A stretch of DNA of 64,000 nt, taken from Ignavibacteriota bacterium. Lineage in GTDB: Bacteria > Bacteroidota > Ignavibacteria > Palsa-1295. The notes below the pieces were generated by a model. The model had not been told where the DNA came from. It saw only the letters and a list, made by a program, of their open reading frames with translations, and made no database searches. The stretch covers positions 1 through 64,000 of the forward strand of contig CAWBEI010000004.1 of the NCBI GenBank assembly GCA_963787835.1. Reading direction: 5' to 3'. Both the position numbers and the translations under genes were made by a program. Shown one piece after another: positions 42,838 to 53,772 of the stretch (positions are counted from its first letter, which is position 1; each line of letters begins with the position of its first letter).

Positions 42838-43144
42838 CACTCCCGCCACGATTTGATGATAGTAAGATAATAGATTCGGGGTGAACCTATTACAGGAATC
42901 TCTGTTAACCATTTCGAGGGTAATTAAACACCCTTCAGGGGCGATCAAGATTCTTGAAACCCCTGTTCGTACATTCACAGCTTTCGGTCTTGTAGTTCAG
43001 AGATTTTTGGTCTTTGTAAACAGCGTCATAGCCCTTGCGTATTGGTGTTTTCCAACTCCGCTTTGCTCTTACTCCTGCTTTCCTTGACATTCCCCGGGCG
43101 CAGTCTCTTGAAAGCGTATTTAACCTATTCTTTACAATCAATTA

Positions 43145-43522
43145 ATGACAAAAATCTTTGTAGGTGGTCTTCCGTATCAAACGGATGACGACCAACTCCA
43201 GCAAATCTTTTCCAGCTATGGCGAGATCGCGAGCGCGAAAGTAATTACCGATCGTGATTCCGGCCGCAGCAAGGGATTTGGCTTCGTCGAGATGGCAGAT
43301 GACACGGCAGCCCAAAAGGCGATCGCGGAATTGCATGAAGCCGAACTCGGCGGACGTACCATCACGGTCAACGAAGCACGCCCGATGGAGCAGCGCTCTG
43401 GCGGCGGCGGCGGTGGACGCAGCGGCGGCTATGGCGGCGGACGCGGCGGCTCTGGCGGTGGCTACGGCGGTTCTGGCGGTGGACGCGGCGGCAGCGGTGG
43501 CGGCGGTGGAAAACGCTGGTAA
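43145..43522 (+). CDS. RRM RNA-binding protein with Gly-rich tail
   Basis: KIFVGGL (RNP2), KGFGFVEM (RNP1), TVNEARP. Confidence 0.95.
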   Translation: MTKIFVGGLPYQTDDDQLQQIFSSYGEIASAKVITDRDSGRSKGFGFVEMADDTAAQKAIAELHEAELGGRTITVNEARPMEQRSGGGGGGRSGGYGGGRGGSGGGYGGSGGGRGGSGGGGGKRW

Positions 43523-43542
43523 GCTTTTTAAGCTTTATTCTT

Positions 43543-43573
43543 AAAGGGATGGTAGAAATACCATCCCTTTTTT
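43543..43573. terminator. Intrinsic terminator between the convergent RRM and secA genes
   Basis: aaagggatggta-gaaa-taccatcccttttttt. Confidence 0.8.
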
Positions 43574-46500
43574 ATTGCCCTGCACCGTGGCAATTCTTAT
43601 ATTTCTTGCCACTCCCACAGGGGCAAGGATCATTGCGACCAACTTTGGGGCCGGTGCGAACGGTTTGCGGAACCGGGCGAGGCGCGGGAATTTCTGGGTC
43701 TGCTCCTCCTTGCAATCCTGATCCGGCAACTGCTTTCGATGCGATTGCTCGCCCGCGTTGCGGAGCTTGATTAGGCAGCATTCTGCGTCCGCCGGGTTGT
43801 GCGGGAACCATCTGTCCCGTTCGTTGATCCTGCACCATTGGGTAAAGCTTGAATGCCAGTTCCAGTACGCCATCGCGAACGAGTACGAGCAGTTCCTGAA
43901 ACATGCGGTACCCTTCCTGCTTGTACTCGACGAGCGGATCCTTCTGGCCATACGCACGGAGTCCGATACCTTCTTTTAACTCATCCATCTCGCGGAGATG
44001 ATCGCGCCATTTGTCATCGATGACGCGGAGCGAGGCAAATCGTTCGAGAGAAGCCATACTTTCAGTTCCAAGTTGCTCCTCTTTGCGGTTGTAGAATGCA
44101 ATGGCTTCATCAATCAGCTTTCCGGCAACGCCATCCTCGCCGATCTGCGCAAATTCCTCGCGTGTCATCGCCCCATCCACCATGAAGCGTGTGCGGACTT
44201 CGTCCTGCAGTTTCTCCATCTCGCCGGTGTTGTAATAGGTCGCGGTAAGTTCGGTGATAGCCTGTTCGAGATATTCCAGAATTTCGTCTTTCAGGCGCTG
44301 GCCGTAAAGCGCCTCACGGCGGCGTTCGTAGATGACCTCCCGCTGCGAGTTCATCACGTTATCGTATTCGAGCAAGCGCTTACGTGTAGCGAAATTATTC
44401 TCTTCGACCTTCTTCTGTGCGCGCTCGACAGATTTCGTGATCATCGAATGCTTGATGACCTCGCCCTCCTGCAAACCAAGCTTTTGCATGATTCCAGCTA
44501 TGCGGTCGGAACCAAAAAGCCGCATGAGATCGTCTTCCAGCGAAAGATAGAATTGCGTGGAACCGGGATCACCCTGACGGCCTGCGCGGCCACGAAGCTG
44601 GCGATCAATACGGCGCGCTTCATGGCGCTCGGTTCCCAAGATATGCAGGCCACCAGCCTCGCGAACGCCGGGGCCAAGCTTAATGTCCGTGCCACGGCCC
44701 GCCATATTAGTAGCAATCGTCACGCCGCCGGAAAGTCCAGCGTGTGACACGATCTCCGCCTCACGGGCATGTTGCTTCGCATTCAGCACATTGTGCGGAA
44801 TACCGGTACGCTTCAACAGCTTCGCGATCGTTTCGGAAACCTCGACGCTCGTCGTGCCCACAAGGACGGGTCTTCCAAGCTTGTGCAGTTCCTGAATTTC
44901 CTCAATGACAGCGTTCAGCTTTTCGCGTTTGGTGCGATAGACCATGTCATCGCGGTCATCGCGAACGATTGGTACGTTCGTCGGAATGACGACGACATCG
45001 AGCTTGTAGATCGAGAAAAATTCTCCGGCTTCGGTTTCGGCAGTTCCCGTCATGCCCGCGAGCTTTTTATAAAGCCGGAAATAATTCTGGAGCGTGATCG
45101 TTGCCAACGTTTGAGTGTCACGCTCGACGGTAACATTCTCTTTTGCTTCGATCGCCTGATGCAAGCCTTCAGAATATCTGCGGCCTGCAAGAATACGCCC
45201 GGTGAACTCATCGACGATGAGTACTTTGCCCTCCTGGACCACATAATCGACATCCTTCTCATACAGCGAATAGGCGCGCAAAAGCTGAGAGATAGTGTGC
45301 AACCGGTCCGAACGGTCGGCATAGACGAGATGGATCGCGTCTTTCCTGGTTCGTTTTTCCTCGTCAGTAAGCCCTTCGAGTTGGGAAAGCTCGGTCGCGA
45401 TGTCGGGAAGGATGAAGAGGTCTTTATCGCCGCCTGCGGCTAAAAATTCCCGGCCTTTATCGGTGAGATCGATATTGTGATTCTTCTCTTCAACGATGAA
45501 GTACAGCGGATCGTCGATGAGGTGCATATTACGCGATTGATCACGCATGAACTCCAGCTCCGTTTGCTGCATGAGCTTCAGCATGTCGCCATCGGCAAGC
45601 AGTTTCAGCAACCGATTATTTTTCGGCATGCCGTGATGGACCCGTACAAGTTGCTCGCCGGCTTGCTTTTTCTTTTCTTCGTCACCCGATTTCAGAAGCT
45701 GCTCGGCTTCGGTCATAAACGTCGCGCAGAGGGATTTCTGGGCATTGACGATCCGATCGACGAGCGGCTTCATTTCGTCGAACTTGTGATCGGAACTTTC
45801 AACAGGGCCGGAAATAATGAGCGGCGTACGTGCTTCATCGATAAGAACGGAATCTACTTCGTCAACGACCGCATAATAATGCGGGCGCTGGACCATGTCC
45901 TTGGCGTTCTGCACCATATTGTCGCGCAGATAGTCGAATCCAAATTCGTTATTCGTTCCGTACGTAATGTCCGCATTATACGCTGGTTTGCGTTCCCACG
46001 GCTGCATCGTTTGTAGGATCACGCCAACGGTCAGGCCGAGAAATTCGTAGATCTTGCCCATCCATTGCGAATCGCGTGAGGCAAGATAATCATTAACGGT
46101 CACAAGGTGCACGCCGCGACCGGGAAGTGCGTTCAAATAAACCGGCATCGTTGCGACAAGCGTTTTTCCTTCGCCCGTGGCCATTTCTGCGATCTTACCC
46201 TGATGCAGAACCGCCCCGCCGATCAGTTGCACATCGAAGGGAATCATATCCCACTTGATCTGCTGACCTGCGACAGTAAAAGTTTTTCCGACAAGTCTTC
46301 GGCACGCATCTTTCACCACGGCGAATGCTTCGGGAAGCAATTCATCGAGCACCGTTTTGGTCAGTTCATCGAGCTCTTTGCGAAGCTCTGGTAAGCGATC
46401 GAGGATTTGCTCGCGTTCGTCGTGAGGCACGTCCTCTTTGAGGCGTTCGAGCAGTTCGCGCTCTTCCTCTTCCAGCGCGCCGGTCACTTCGTGAATATGC

Positions 46501-46652
46501 CCGCGAAATTCGGCGGTTTTCGCGCGAAGTTCATCGTCCGAGAGATCCGCCAGCGTCTCGTAGATCTCATTGATCTCATCGACCAGCGGCAAAAGCTGCT
46601 CGACATCCTTATCCTTCTTGGAGCCAAAAATCTTCTCTAAATACTTGAGCAT
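43572..46652 (-). CDS. secA: Preprotein translocase ATPase SecA
   Basis: [64 protein letters not shown]. Confidence 0.98.
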   Translation of the reverse strand: MLKYLEKIFGSKKDKDVEQLLPLVDEINEIYETLADLSDDELRAKTAEFRGHIHEVTGALEEEERELLERLKEDVPHDEREQILDRLPELRKELDELTKTVLDELLPEAFAVVKDACRRLVGKTFTVAGQQIKWDMIPFDVQLIGGAVLHQGKIAEMATGEGKTLVATMPVYLNALPGRGVHLVTVNDYLASRDSQWMGKIYEFLGLTVGVILQTMQPWERKPAYNADITYGTNNEFGFDYLRDNMVQNAKDMVQRPHYYAVVDEVDSVLIDEARTPLIISGPVESSDHKFDEMKPLVDRIVNAQKSLCATFMTEAEQLLKSGDEEKKKQAGEQLVRVHHGMPKNNRLLKLLADGDMLKLMQQTELEFMRDQSRNMHLIDDPLYFIVEEKNHNIDLTDKGREFLAAGGDKDLFILPDIATELSQLEGLTDEEKRTRKDAIHLVYADRSDRLHTISQLLRAYSLYEKDVDYVVQEGKVLIVDEFTGRILAGRRYSEGLHQAIEAKENVTVERDTQTLATITLQNYFRLYKKLAGMTGTAETEAGEFFSIYKLDVVVIPTNVPIVRDDRDDMVYRTKREKLNAVIEEIQELHKLGRPVLVGTTSVEVSETIAKLLKRTGIPHNVLNAKQHAREAEIVSHAGLSGGVTIATNMAGRGTDIKLGPGVREAGGLHILGTERHEARRIDRQLRGRAGRQGDPGSTQFYLSLEDDLMRLFGSDRIAGIMQKLGLQEGEVIKHSMITKSVERAQKKVEENNFATRKRLLEYDNVMNSQREVIYERRREALYGQRLKDEILEYLEQAITELTATYYNTGEMEKLQDEVRTRFMVDGAMTREEFAQIGEDGVAGKLIDEAIAFYNRKEEQLGTESMASLERFASLRVIDDKWRDHLREMDELKEGIGLRAYGQKDPLVEYKQEGYRMFQELLVLVRDGVLELAFKLYPMVQDQRTGQMVPAQPGGRRMLPNQAPQRGRAIASKAVAGSGLQGGADPEIPAPRPVPQTVRTGPKVGRNDPCPCGSGKKYKNCHGAGQ

Positions 46653-46813
46653 GAATCGAAATAAACCCTAAAAACTCGTAAAAACAGCTAAAACGGGCTA
46701 AATTTGCCCTTTGACCTATAAAGTCAAGCCACAACGCTAAAACGAGGGCAATGCTTCCGGGTTTCAGACGGCGATAGGGACATGAAATTTTACATTTGAT
46801 CGAAAGTGTTAGT

Positions 46814-46840
46814 TGTCATTCCCGCGAAAGCGGGAATCCA
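46814..46840. repeat. REP/dRS3-like palindrome
   Basis: tgtcATTCCCgcgaaagcGGGAATcca. Confidence 0.6.
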
Positions 46841-46891
46841 GGGCTTAATAGAGTTTTTTTAATCTGTCCTGAACTCAACCCTGAACGCACT

Positions 46892-47539
46892 ATGAAAAAC
46901 CAAGAATCGGATAATAGTCTTGTGATCTCCTTCCTTCATCTGCGCGCGCTTGTCGGTGTTCTGGGAATCGCCTTGCCGATCGTGATGCTGCTGTACGCGC
47001 TATTGCTAAGCCCGTGCGGCGGGGTCGAACAATCGATCAGCGCGTACTACCATACGCACATGCGGAACGTTTTTGTCGGGATACTCTGCGGAGTCGGAGT
47101 CTTTATGATCACATACAAAGGGTACGAAACGAAGGACACCATCGCAAGCACGCTGGCTGGGATATTCGCCATCTGCGTTGCGATGTTCCCAACGTCGGAC
47201 GAGTCCGCATGTGAGCATAACGGTCTGGTGAACGGAACTATTGGTGATGTTCACATTCTCGCGGCACTCGGCCTGTTCGCGATGTTCGCTTATATGTCCA
47301 TCAAGCTTTTCACATTAACCGGCGGCAACATGACGGATAAAAAGAAACAGCGCAATGTGCTGTACCGGGTCTGTGGATGGACGGTTGTTGCGTGTATCGT
47401 GCTGATAGCCGCTCACAAGTTCACCGGCGTGTTTCCAGCGACCATGCGGCCCGTCTTCTGGTTAGAAACGATCGCGCTGCTTGCCTTCGGAATATCCTGG
47501 CTCACGAAAGGTGAAGGGATAAAAGTTTTGAATGATTAA
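46892..47539 (+). CDS. DUF998-like integral membrane protein
   Basis: LRALVGVLGIALP, SISAYYHT, FWLETIALLAFGISWLTKG. Confidence 0.75.
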   Translation: MKNQESDNSLVISFLHLRALVGVLGIALPIVMLLYALLLSPCGGVEQSISAYYHTHMRNVFVGILCGVGVFMITYKGYETKDTIASTLAGIFAICVAMFPTSDESACEHNGLVNGTIGDVHILAALGLFAMFAYMSIKLFTLTGGNMTDKKKQRNVLYRVCGWTVVACIVLIAAHKFTGVFPATMRPVFWLETIALLAFGISWLTKGEGIKVLND

Positions 47540-47582
47540 ACACGCTATGTGGACGGCACGAGCCGCGCGACGGGAGCAGACG

Positions 47583-48255
47583 CATTTTAGTCCCGAAGGG
47601 ACGGAGTACCCGCAGCCCAGGGTGAAGCGAAGCGGAACCCTGGGTAATGGTAAGGTTTGAATTTAAAAGCCCTGAAAGGGCGGTGTTATTCCCCGTCGTC
47701 ATCACGCCATAAATATTTTGGGTCGTATTCAACACCGGCGGCCTTCAACATATCCTCAAACTCTTCCTGGAATGTTTTGTGGCGATGATGTTCCTCTTGA
47801 TTCTGAATATAACTCTCAACATTTTTAATGTGGCTCGGACTCACGCTGAATACGCCATATCCCGATTGCCAACTAAAATTCTTTCCTGTTTTCTTTCGAA
47901 GCCATGAAGAAGATTTTGCTTTGATTTCTCGCAACAACGTTGCGACGGATGATTCGCGTCCGAGATCGATCAAGAGATGAACATGATCGGGCATTCCGCC
48001 TTCCGAGATTAATCGGGCTTTGCAATCTTTTAGAATCGGTGTGATATATCGAGCGAATTCGGTGTGAAGCTCTTTCGTTAGCAAGTTCTCTCGGTGCTTC
48101 GTGCCAAAAACGATGTGGAGATAAACGGGTCCGTAGGATTGTGCCATTCTGACTGCGCCCTTTCAGGGCTTAAAAAATTAATTGGTTCCGTTAACCCAGG
48201 GTTCCGCTTCGCTGCACCCTGGGCTGCGAGTACTCCGTCGCTCCGCGACTAAATG
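47583..48255. mobile_element. REPtron-like element: Y1 transposase flanked by ~100-bp inverted palindromic ends
   Basis: Left ...gcagcccagggtgaagcgaagcggaaccctggg...gccctgaaagggcg is the inverse of right cgccctttcagggc...cccagggttccgcttcgctgcaccctgggctgc. Confidence 0.85.
47686..48147 (-). CDS. tnpA: IS200/IS605-family Y1 (HUH) transposase / RAYT
   Basis: HIVFGTKHR, DHVHLL (HUH), WQSGYGVFSVS, YIQNQEEHH. Confidence 0.92.
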   Translation of the reverse strand: MAQSYGPVYLHIVFGTKHRENLLTKELHTEFARYITPILKDCKARLISEGGMPDHVHLLIDLGRESSVATLLREIKAKSSSWLRKKTGKNFSWQSGYGVFSVSPSHIKNVESYIQNQEEHHRHKTFQEEFEDMLKAAGVEYDPKYLWRDDDGE

Positions 48256-48261
48256 CCATTC

Positions 48262-49041
48262 CTAAAAGGGAAGATCGTCGATATTTACTCGATCAGCGTT
48301 CCTCACGATGTCTTCATCCCACCAGGCCATCGCATTTACAGCGCCACTAAGTTGCTTGGGTACAAAGACATACCTATTACGTATGATTGTTTTAAGTATT
48401 TCGGAAGTAGACAGAACAATTTTCTTTGCTATCTTCTTGAGGAATTCAACTTCAGATAGTATTCGGTCAGTTGTGACCTCCAAGGAATCGCCATGCGCTC
48501 GTCGGCGCTCAGAAGGAATCTCATCGAAGGCCTGCCTAATGTACGACGTTGTGTAAGCGCCGCCATGATGGACTATCAAATTTCGATCCCGAAGAAGCCT
48601 TTCGTATGCTTTAACTTCATCCTTGCCAAATGGCGTAATCTTAAGTGCTGATGTGTATATGGAATTTATTTTCTTCGCTGAACCTGCGTCCAGATTCTGC
48701 GAAATTAGAAATCCGATCATGTACTGAAGGCGATCTATGTACTCATACACGTCGTCTGCGGCGAGATCGGTCCTATGGCCGCCTTGCTTCAGTGAATCGA
48801 TGATTTCTGGCGCTATGGAAATGGCTGAGGCTATCTGATCTTTTGCGAAGGCCTCGAAATATGATACCAGCCCGATTAGGCATAGGCTATTCAGGTGACC
48901 ACGAACATCTTCGGAGGAGTTCTGAGCAATTCGAGCAGTATCATCCGCGACCATTCGAAAAACGACACCAGCTGGAACATAGCCTGAGAAATACTCAAAG
49001 TAGCTAAATTCCTCTTCATCCATCTCCCAATGTTTTCTCAC
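48262..49041 (-). CDS. HEPN-domain protein (putative RNase)
   Basis: LVSYFEAF helix and R-x4-H motif RNLIVHHGG. Confidence 0.7.
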   Translation of the reverse strand: MRKHWEMDEEEFSYFEYFSGYVPAGVVFRMVADDTARIAQNSSEDVRGHLNSLCLIGLVSYFEAFAKDQIASAISIAPEIIDSLKQGGHRTDLAADDVYEYIDRLQYMIGFLISQNLDAGSAKKINSIYTSALKITPFGKDEVKAYERLLRDRNLIVHHGGAYTTSYIRQAFDEIPSERRRAHGDSLEVTTDRILSEVEFLKKIAKKIVLSTSEILKTIIRNRYVFVPKQLSGAVNAMAWWDEDIVRNADRVNIDDLPF

Positions 49042-49158
49042 AACAGCCTCCCTTGCTCCGCCCCCATATCCTCCACAGCCGCGCGCTTGAACGTGGAGCG
49101 TCCTCCGCCGCGGCGGATTAGATCCGGGAACCGGGGGCGTTCGGTGCCGTTCGCATTA

Positions 49159-49355
49159 AGCTCCGTAGGAGCGCCATATTTATAGCCCCCGGCGTGAGCC
49201 GGGGGTAGAGGAAAGCGAATCGAATTAAAGCTCCGTAGGAGCGGCATATTATGGCGCGGGTAATATGCCGCTCCTACGGAGTTTCTGCATTCAAAAAAAC
49301 ACGTCAACCCCGCGCTGACGCACGGGGCTACCAATATATCGCTCCTAACGGAGCT
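49159..49355. repeat. REPIN/MITE of the agctccgtaggagc family
   Basis: Four copies (two per strand) of (ag)ctccgt(t)aggagc with internal hairpins. Confidence 0.8.
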
Positions 49356-49370
49356 AAACTCGTGCCTTCT

Positions 49371-49400
49371 ATAGGTGCCTATCATTTGGCGTACAATATA
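49371..49400 (-). promoter_or_regulatory. -10-like TATATT followed 12 nt later by the ATAGGCACCTAT palindrome
   Basis: Reverse strand tatatt-gtacgccaaatg-ataggcacctat. Confidence 0.55.
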
Positions 49401-49454
49401 CGATTAAAACGGTGGTTTTGTGCCGTTTCGTTTTTCCCAAAAACAACTTGACAT

Positions 49455-49536
49455 TGTAGCGCCGGCGTCCTCGCCGGTCCCCTAATCTCCGGATCGCACG
49501 AACCCCAGGGGGACAGGCGAGGACGCCTGCGCTACA
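49455..49536. repeat. REP doublet
   Basis: tgtagcgccggcgtcctcgcc ... ggcgaggacgcctgcgctaca. Confidence 0.75.
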
Positions 49537-49563
49537 TTATTTTCAAAAATCTTTCGGAAATAC

Positions 49564-49617
49564 TTGACATGGTCCTTTTTCGTGCGTATATTGAGAGTGA
49601 AGTTATAGGCACCTATA
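49564..49617 (+). promoter_or_regulatory. Near-consensus sigma70 promoter with downstream palindromic operator
   Basis: TTGACA(49564)-N17-TATATT(49587)-N12-ATAGGCACCTAT(49605). Confidence 0.7.
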
Positions 49618-49856
49618 TCAATTACGAAGTTAGAATTAATAATTAAGAATGGGTGCTCAGTGGCTCATTGAAAATGGAAGTGATAGCTTTCTTTATGAAC
49701 GAGTCCTTTGAGAAAATGGATTTCGGCTTTCCTTCAGAACAAGTGTCGAAAACAGCTTGGAAACGAGGGGTCATCGGGAACTCGCAAGAAAAAGAAATGG
49801 CACCTACTTCTGGGGGAAAAGATGAAAGATGAATTATGAAAGATGAAATGGTAAGC

Positions 49857-50660
49857 CTATGCTCTCAGGTGGTGCATGAATATTCCGCTGGCGATCGCGA
49901 CGTTCAGCGAATCGATTCCGGGAGCCATTGGGATCTTGGCAAGGATGTCGCATTCCTGCGCAACGGATTCCCGAAGTCCCCATCCTTCGGAGCCGAACAC
50001 GAGGATGGTGTTGCCGGATGGGGTTACTTCCGAAAGATCGAGAGAATCCTCTCGCAGTGCCGCGCCAATGATGCGGACATTTGGGGATGCTTTCATCGCT
50101 CGAAGCGAATTGGCAAGATCGTCCACAAAAATGATCGCGACATCTACGATCGTTCCCATCGAAACGCGGACGGAGCGGCGAAGATATGGATTGCAGCTTT
50201 GCTCATCGACGATGACGGCGCTTGCTCCGAAGGCGGCGGCGTTACGGATGATCGCTCCCATGTTTTCGGCGTCCGCAATGGCATCGAGCGCAATAGCCAT
50301 CCACGGGGACTGCCATTGCTTCGCAGCCAATAGCAATTCCCGGTTTTCTGGAATGCGGCACGCCAGCATTATACCTTGATGCAATGGATAACCGACGACT
50401 TTCTCCATTTCCTCTTTGGAAGCGAGAAATATGTTTGTGGAATCATTCCGAGCATCGAAGAGCGGTTGAAGATTTTCGAAATGTTCCTCGGTCATAAAGG
50501 CCGAGGGCACTTCGATAGTGCTTTCGAGCATTTTCCGAACGATCTTTTCACTTTCGGCAATGAACAGGCCTTTTTCGAAGAGTCCGCCTTTGCCCCGGAG
50601 CGATCGAAAGTCATCCACGGCTGTGGGATCGTATTGACGAATAAGGTTATATGACATCAT
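49857..50660 (-). CDS. TrmH/SpoU family RNA methyltransferase
   Basis: DAENMGAIIRNAAAFG, RRSVRVSMG, VFGSEGWGL, IPM...DSLNVAIASGI. Confidence 0.93.
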   Translation of the reverse strand: MMSYNLIRQYDPTAVDDFRSLRGKGGLFEKGLFIAESEKIVRKMLESTIEVPSAFMTEEHFENLQPLFDARNDSTNIFLASKEEMEKVVGYPLHQGIMLACRIPENRELLLAAKQWQSPWMAIALDAIADAENMGAIIRNAAAFGASAVIVDEQSCNPYLRRSVRVSMGTIVDVAIIFVDDLANSLRAMKASPNVRIIGAALREDSLDLSEVTPSGNTILVFGSEGWGLRESVAQECDILAKIPMAPGIDSLNVAIASGIFMHHLRA

Positions 50661-50687
50661 CCTGTAAACACCGGGAACGGGGGATTC

Positions 50688-52091
50688 ATGACTTCTGTAA
50701 TACCGGCTTGTTTTCTTGAACATAACATCGTGTTCACTCGCCCATCTTTTTTAGTTCGAACGATCGGAGCCAAAGGCAAGCTGGGACTTTGGCCCCTGGT
50801 GATGACCATTTTCTTCTGCGTAAGCGGAGGGCCATACGGTCTGGAAACCATCGTGCAATCCGGACGTGGGATGGCGCTGGTGCTCATCGTGATTGTTGGG
50901 ATTATTTGGGCGATGCCGATTGCGTTACTCAGCGCAGAACTTGGCTCAGCCATTCCCGAAGAAGGAGGGTATTACCAATGGGTGAAGCGCGGCGTTGGTC
51001 CGCGCGCTGGCTTTTGGTGCGGGTGGCTGACCTATCTCTATAGCTGCGTGGATGTTGCGATTTATCCCGTGCTCTTCGTGAAGTATTTAGGAGCACTTGG
51101 TTTCGACCTTTCTGATCCGATCGCACATTTTGCAGTGCGACTTGCGATGGTCGTTCCGCTTACCTGGCTGAACATCAAAGGCGCAGTTAGTTCCGGGAAT
51201 GCGGCGCTGATGTTCGCGTTGGCACTTCTGGTTCCATACATTGTCATGCTTGCGATCGGGATCGTGCCTTCCGCCGAGCATTTTGAGCAGATCGTTTCAC
51301 CGCTGACCGCTCCCGGAGTCTCAACCACAACAGCAATTGCAACGGGGCTCTTCGTCATTATGTGGAATTATCTCGGCTGGGATTCTATCTCGACCATTTC
51401 GCGAGAAATGAAAGATGCACCAAGAAGTTTTCCAAAGGCACTGATGATCGGATTGCCGCTTGTCGTGCTGTTTTATTTTCTCCCAGTCGTGGTTGGTCTC
51501 AACGCAGTTCCCGATATTTCGAAGTGGACCGATGGCAGTTGGCCAACGATCGCGGAAGCGGTTGGAGGCCGAACGCTTGGCGTTGCCGTTGGACTTGGTG
51601 GACTCCTGAGCGCTGCTGGGCTATTCGTCGCTGGGCTTCTTGCGGCATCGCGTATTCCCTTCGTGCTTGCCGCCGATGGATATTTGCCGCAGGCTTTTAC
51701 CAAACTGCACAAAAGGTTTGCAACTCCGACACGGGCGATCGTCACCAGTGCGATGCTCTATCTTCTCCTCAGTGGATTCTCCTTCGAGCAGCTTGCAGAG
51801 GTCGATGTGCTTCTATATTCCGCAGCGCTCTTGCTGGAATTTCTGGCGCTCATACAATTGCGCCGACGCGATCCGGTATTAGCTCGACCGTTTCGCATTC
51901 GCGGCGGACTCAAGACGGTCGTTGTTATTTCCATCCTTCCGGCACTTCTTATCCTTGGCGCAACGATTCAAATGTTAAGCTCTGCGTGGATCGAAACGTT
52001 GTCGCTATTTGCATTTGCCGGGATTTCGGGAATATTTCTTATTACAATGAAACATCGTCGTAATTTTGAAGCGACTATCTCTAAAAACTAA
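50688..52091 (+). CDS. APC family amino acid/polyamine permease
   Basis: VSGGPYGLE, AELGSAIPEEGGYY, WNYLGWD, many TM segments; start uncertain. Confidence 0.9.
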   Translation: MTSVIPACFLEHNIVFTRPSFLVRTIGAKGKLGLWPLVMTIFFCVSGGPYGLETIVQSGRGMALVLIVIVGIIWAMPIALLSAELGSAIPEEGGYYQWVKRGVGPRAGFWCGWLTYLYSCVDVAIYPVLFVKYLGALGFDLSDPIAHFAVRLAMVVPLTWLNIKGAVSSGNAALMFALALLVPYIVMLAIGIVPSAEHFEQIVSPLTAPGVSTTTAIATGLFVIMWNYLGWDSISTISREMKDAPRSFPKALMIGLPLVVLFYFLPVVVGLNAVPDISKWTDGSWPTIAEAVGGRTLGVAVGLGGLLSAAGLFVAGLLAASRIPFVLAADGYLPQAFTKLHKRFATPTRAIVTSAMLYLLLSGFSFEQLAEVDVLLYSAALLLEFLALIQLRRRDPVLARPFRIRGGLKTVVVISILPALLILGATIQMLSSAWIETLSLFAFAGISGIFLITMKHRRNFEATISKN

Positions 52092-52453
52092 TGGCTAAAA
52101 AGAAAGAAAGCACCATTCCTCCGGAGACCATTGCATTATATGACAAGCTCATCGGCACCGTGAAAGGGGTCGAACGGAAAGGCGATACTGTTCCATATAC
52201 TTCGCTCAACGGGCACATGTTCTCCTACCTTTCGAAAGATGGAACCTTAAACCTTCGTCTTCCGAAAGACGCGATAGATCCATTTCTAACAAAATACAAG
52301 ACGAAACTCTGTGAGGCGTATGGGGTCGTGCAAAAGGAATATGTTGTCGTTCCGGCTGCACTGTTCAAAAATACCGTGGAATGTAAAAAACATTTTGCAG
52401 TGAGCTACCAGTATGTATCTTCCTTAAAACCGAAACCGACGAAGAAGAAATGA
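52091..52453 (+). CDS. TfoX-like small protein
   Basis: PYTSLNGHMFS...KEYVVVP...YVSSLKPKPTKKK. Confidence 0.65.
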   Translation: MAKKKESTIPPETIALYDKLIGTVKGVERKGDTVPYTSLNGHMFSYLSKDGTLNLRLPKDAIDPFLTKYKTKLCEAYGVVQKEYVVVPAALFKNTVECKKHFAVSYQYVSSLKPKPTKKK

Positions 52454-52457
52454 GAAA

Positions 52458-53102
52458 TTACTTCGCACTCCGAACGGCATCTTGGTAGGCGCTCCGCATC
52501 TCTTCCGGAGAGGAGATGGTCATGCCAAGATCGCGGAGTTTGCCATCTTTGAGCGCATAGATCCATCCGTGAATGGTAACCTTGTCGCCGCGCATCCAGG
52601 CATCTTGCACGACGGTGGTCTGGCAGACATTCACTACTTGCTCGATCACATTTAGTTCACAAAGGCGATCGGCTTGCGCAACTTTCGTGGGCAGTTTTGA
52701 GATCTCAAGTTGGTGCTTTTGATAGACATCCTGCACATGCCGCAGCCAATTATCGATGAGGCCCAATCTCTTGCCTTCGAGTGCGGCAATGACGCCGCCA
52801 CAGCCATAGTGTCCGGTAACGATCACATGCTTCACGCCAAGCACATCGACGGCAAATTGCAGCACGGAAAGGCAATTCAGATCGGTATGAGAAACGACGT
52901 TCGCAACATTACGGTGAACGAATAGTTCACCGGGCAGCAATCCAACGATCTCATTTGCGGGAACCCGGCTATCCGAGCAGCCGATCCATAGATATTCCGG
53001 AGATTGTTGAACGGCAAGTTGTTCGAAAAAATCAGGCTGCTTCGCCGTGATCTCTTCTAACCATTTTCGATTGTTCTCGAATAATATTGCGAGTTCTTTC
53101 AT
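52458..53102 (-). CDS. can: Beta-class carbonic anhydrase
   Basis: WIGCSDSRV, FVHRNVAN, GHYGCGG. Confidence 0.96.
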   Translation of the reverse strand: MKELAILFENNRKWLEEITAKQPDFFEQLAVQQSPEYLWIGCSDSRVPANEIVGLLPGELFVHRNVANVVSHTDLNCLSVLQFAVDVLGVKHVIVTGHYGCGGVIAALEGKRLGLIDNWLRHVQDVYQKHQLEISKLPTKVAQADRLCELNVIEQVVNVCQTTVVQDAWMRGDKVTIHGWIYALKDGKLRDLGMTISSPEEMRSAYQDAVRSAK

Positions 53103-53108
53103 ACATTT

Positions 53109-53666
53109 CTACGAAATAGCGGCACGCTCGGCCTGTCCGAGATGCCGATGTTCATGGACCGCTGTAACACAAAACGCGGAATAAATATTATAGCGAACTT
53201 GTGCATGAAATGGGGATTGCACCTTTCCAATGCCAAGCGGCAGACCATCCGATTCACGGACCAGGTTGACCATATCCGATTGTAGTTCCAAAAACCGGCC
53301 AAGCACTTCTGAAATATTCAACGAGCTTTGCGACACAAATGGTGCTGTCGTTTTGAATTTGGCAATTCTGTTGATGGGAGACAAGCTCTTCACCAAAAAC
53401 CATCCCATCGGATCGAGATGATACTTGCCTGAATGCTTTGGCTTCGATTTAATCACAACGAGTGCTTGACGAATATTCTCGATCATCTTTTCGCTCGTCC
53501 AGTTCAAATGCCAAATACATTCAATTGCAGACCATCGCTCCGGCCCGGGCTTGCGCTGCCACTCAGTATCGGAATACTCGCGCTGCATTTTTGCAACGCG
53601 CTCCGTAGCGGATTGGAATTCGGAGATGAGATGAGCGAGCTGGGGGGAAATAGATGGGGTTTCCAT
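53109..53666 (-). CDS. DinB/DUF664 superfamily protein
   Basis: WSAIECIWHL ... HEHRHLGQA. Confidence 0.85.
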   Translation of the reverse strand: METPSISPQLAHLISEFQSATERVAKMQREYSDTEWQRKPGPERWSAIECIWHLNWTSEKMIENIRQALVVIKSKPKHSGKYHLDPMGWFLVKSLSPINRIAKFKTTAPFVSQSSLNISEVLGRFLELQSDMVNLVRESDGLPLGIGKVQSPFHAQVRYNIYSAFCVTAVHEHRHLGQAERAAIS

Positions 53667-53772
53667 AACTGGACTCGCCTAACCACAAGCCCGAAAACAT
53701 CGTGCCGCCAACGTATGATGAGGGGCACTAATCCACATTGAGGAGTTTTACAACGAGTACTGACTCCTCAAT

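Noticed and set aside
42900-43144. Structured 5' UTR motif of the RRM gene
   Set aside because: A long leader is plausible, but I could not establish a specific fold or family from this sequence alone.
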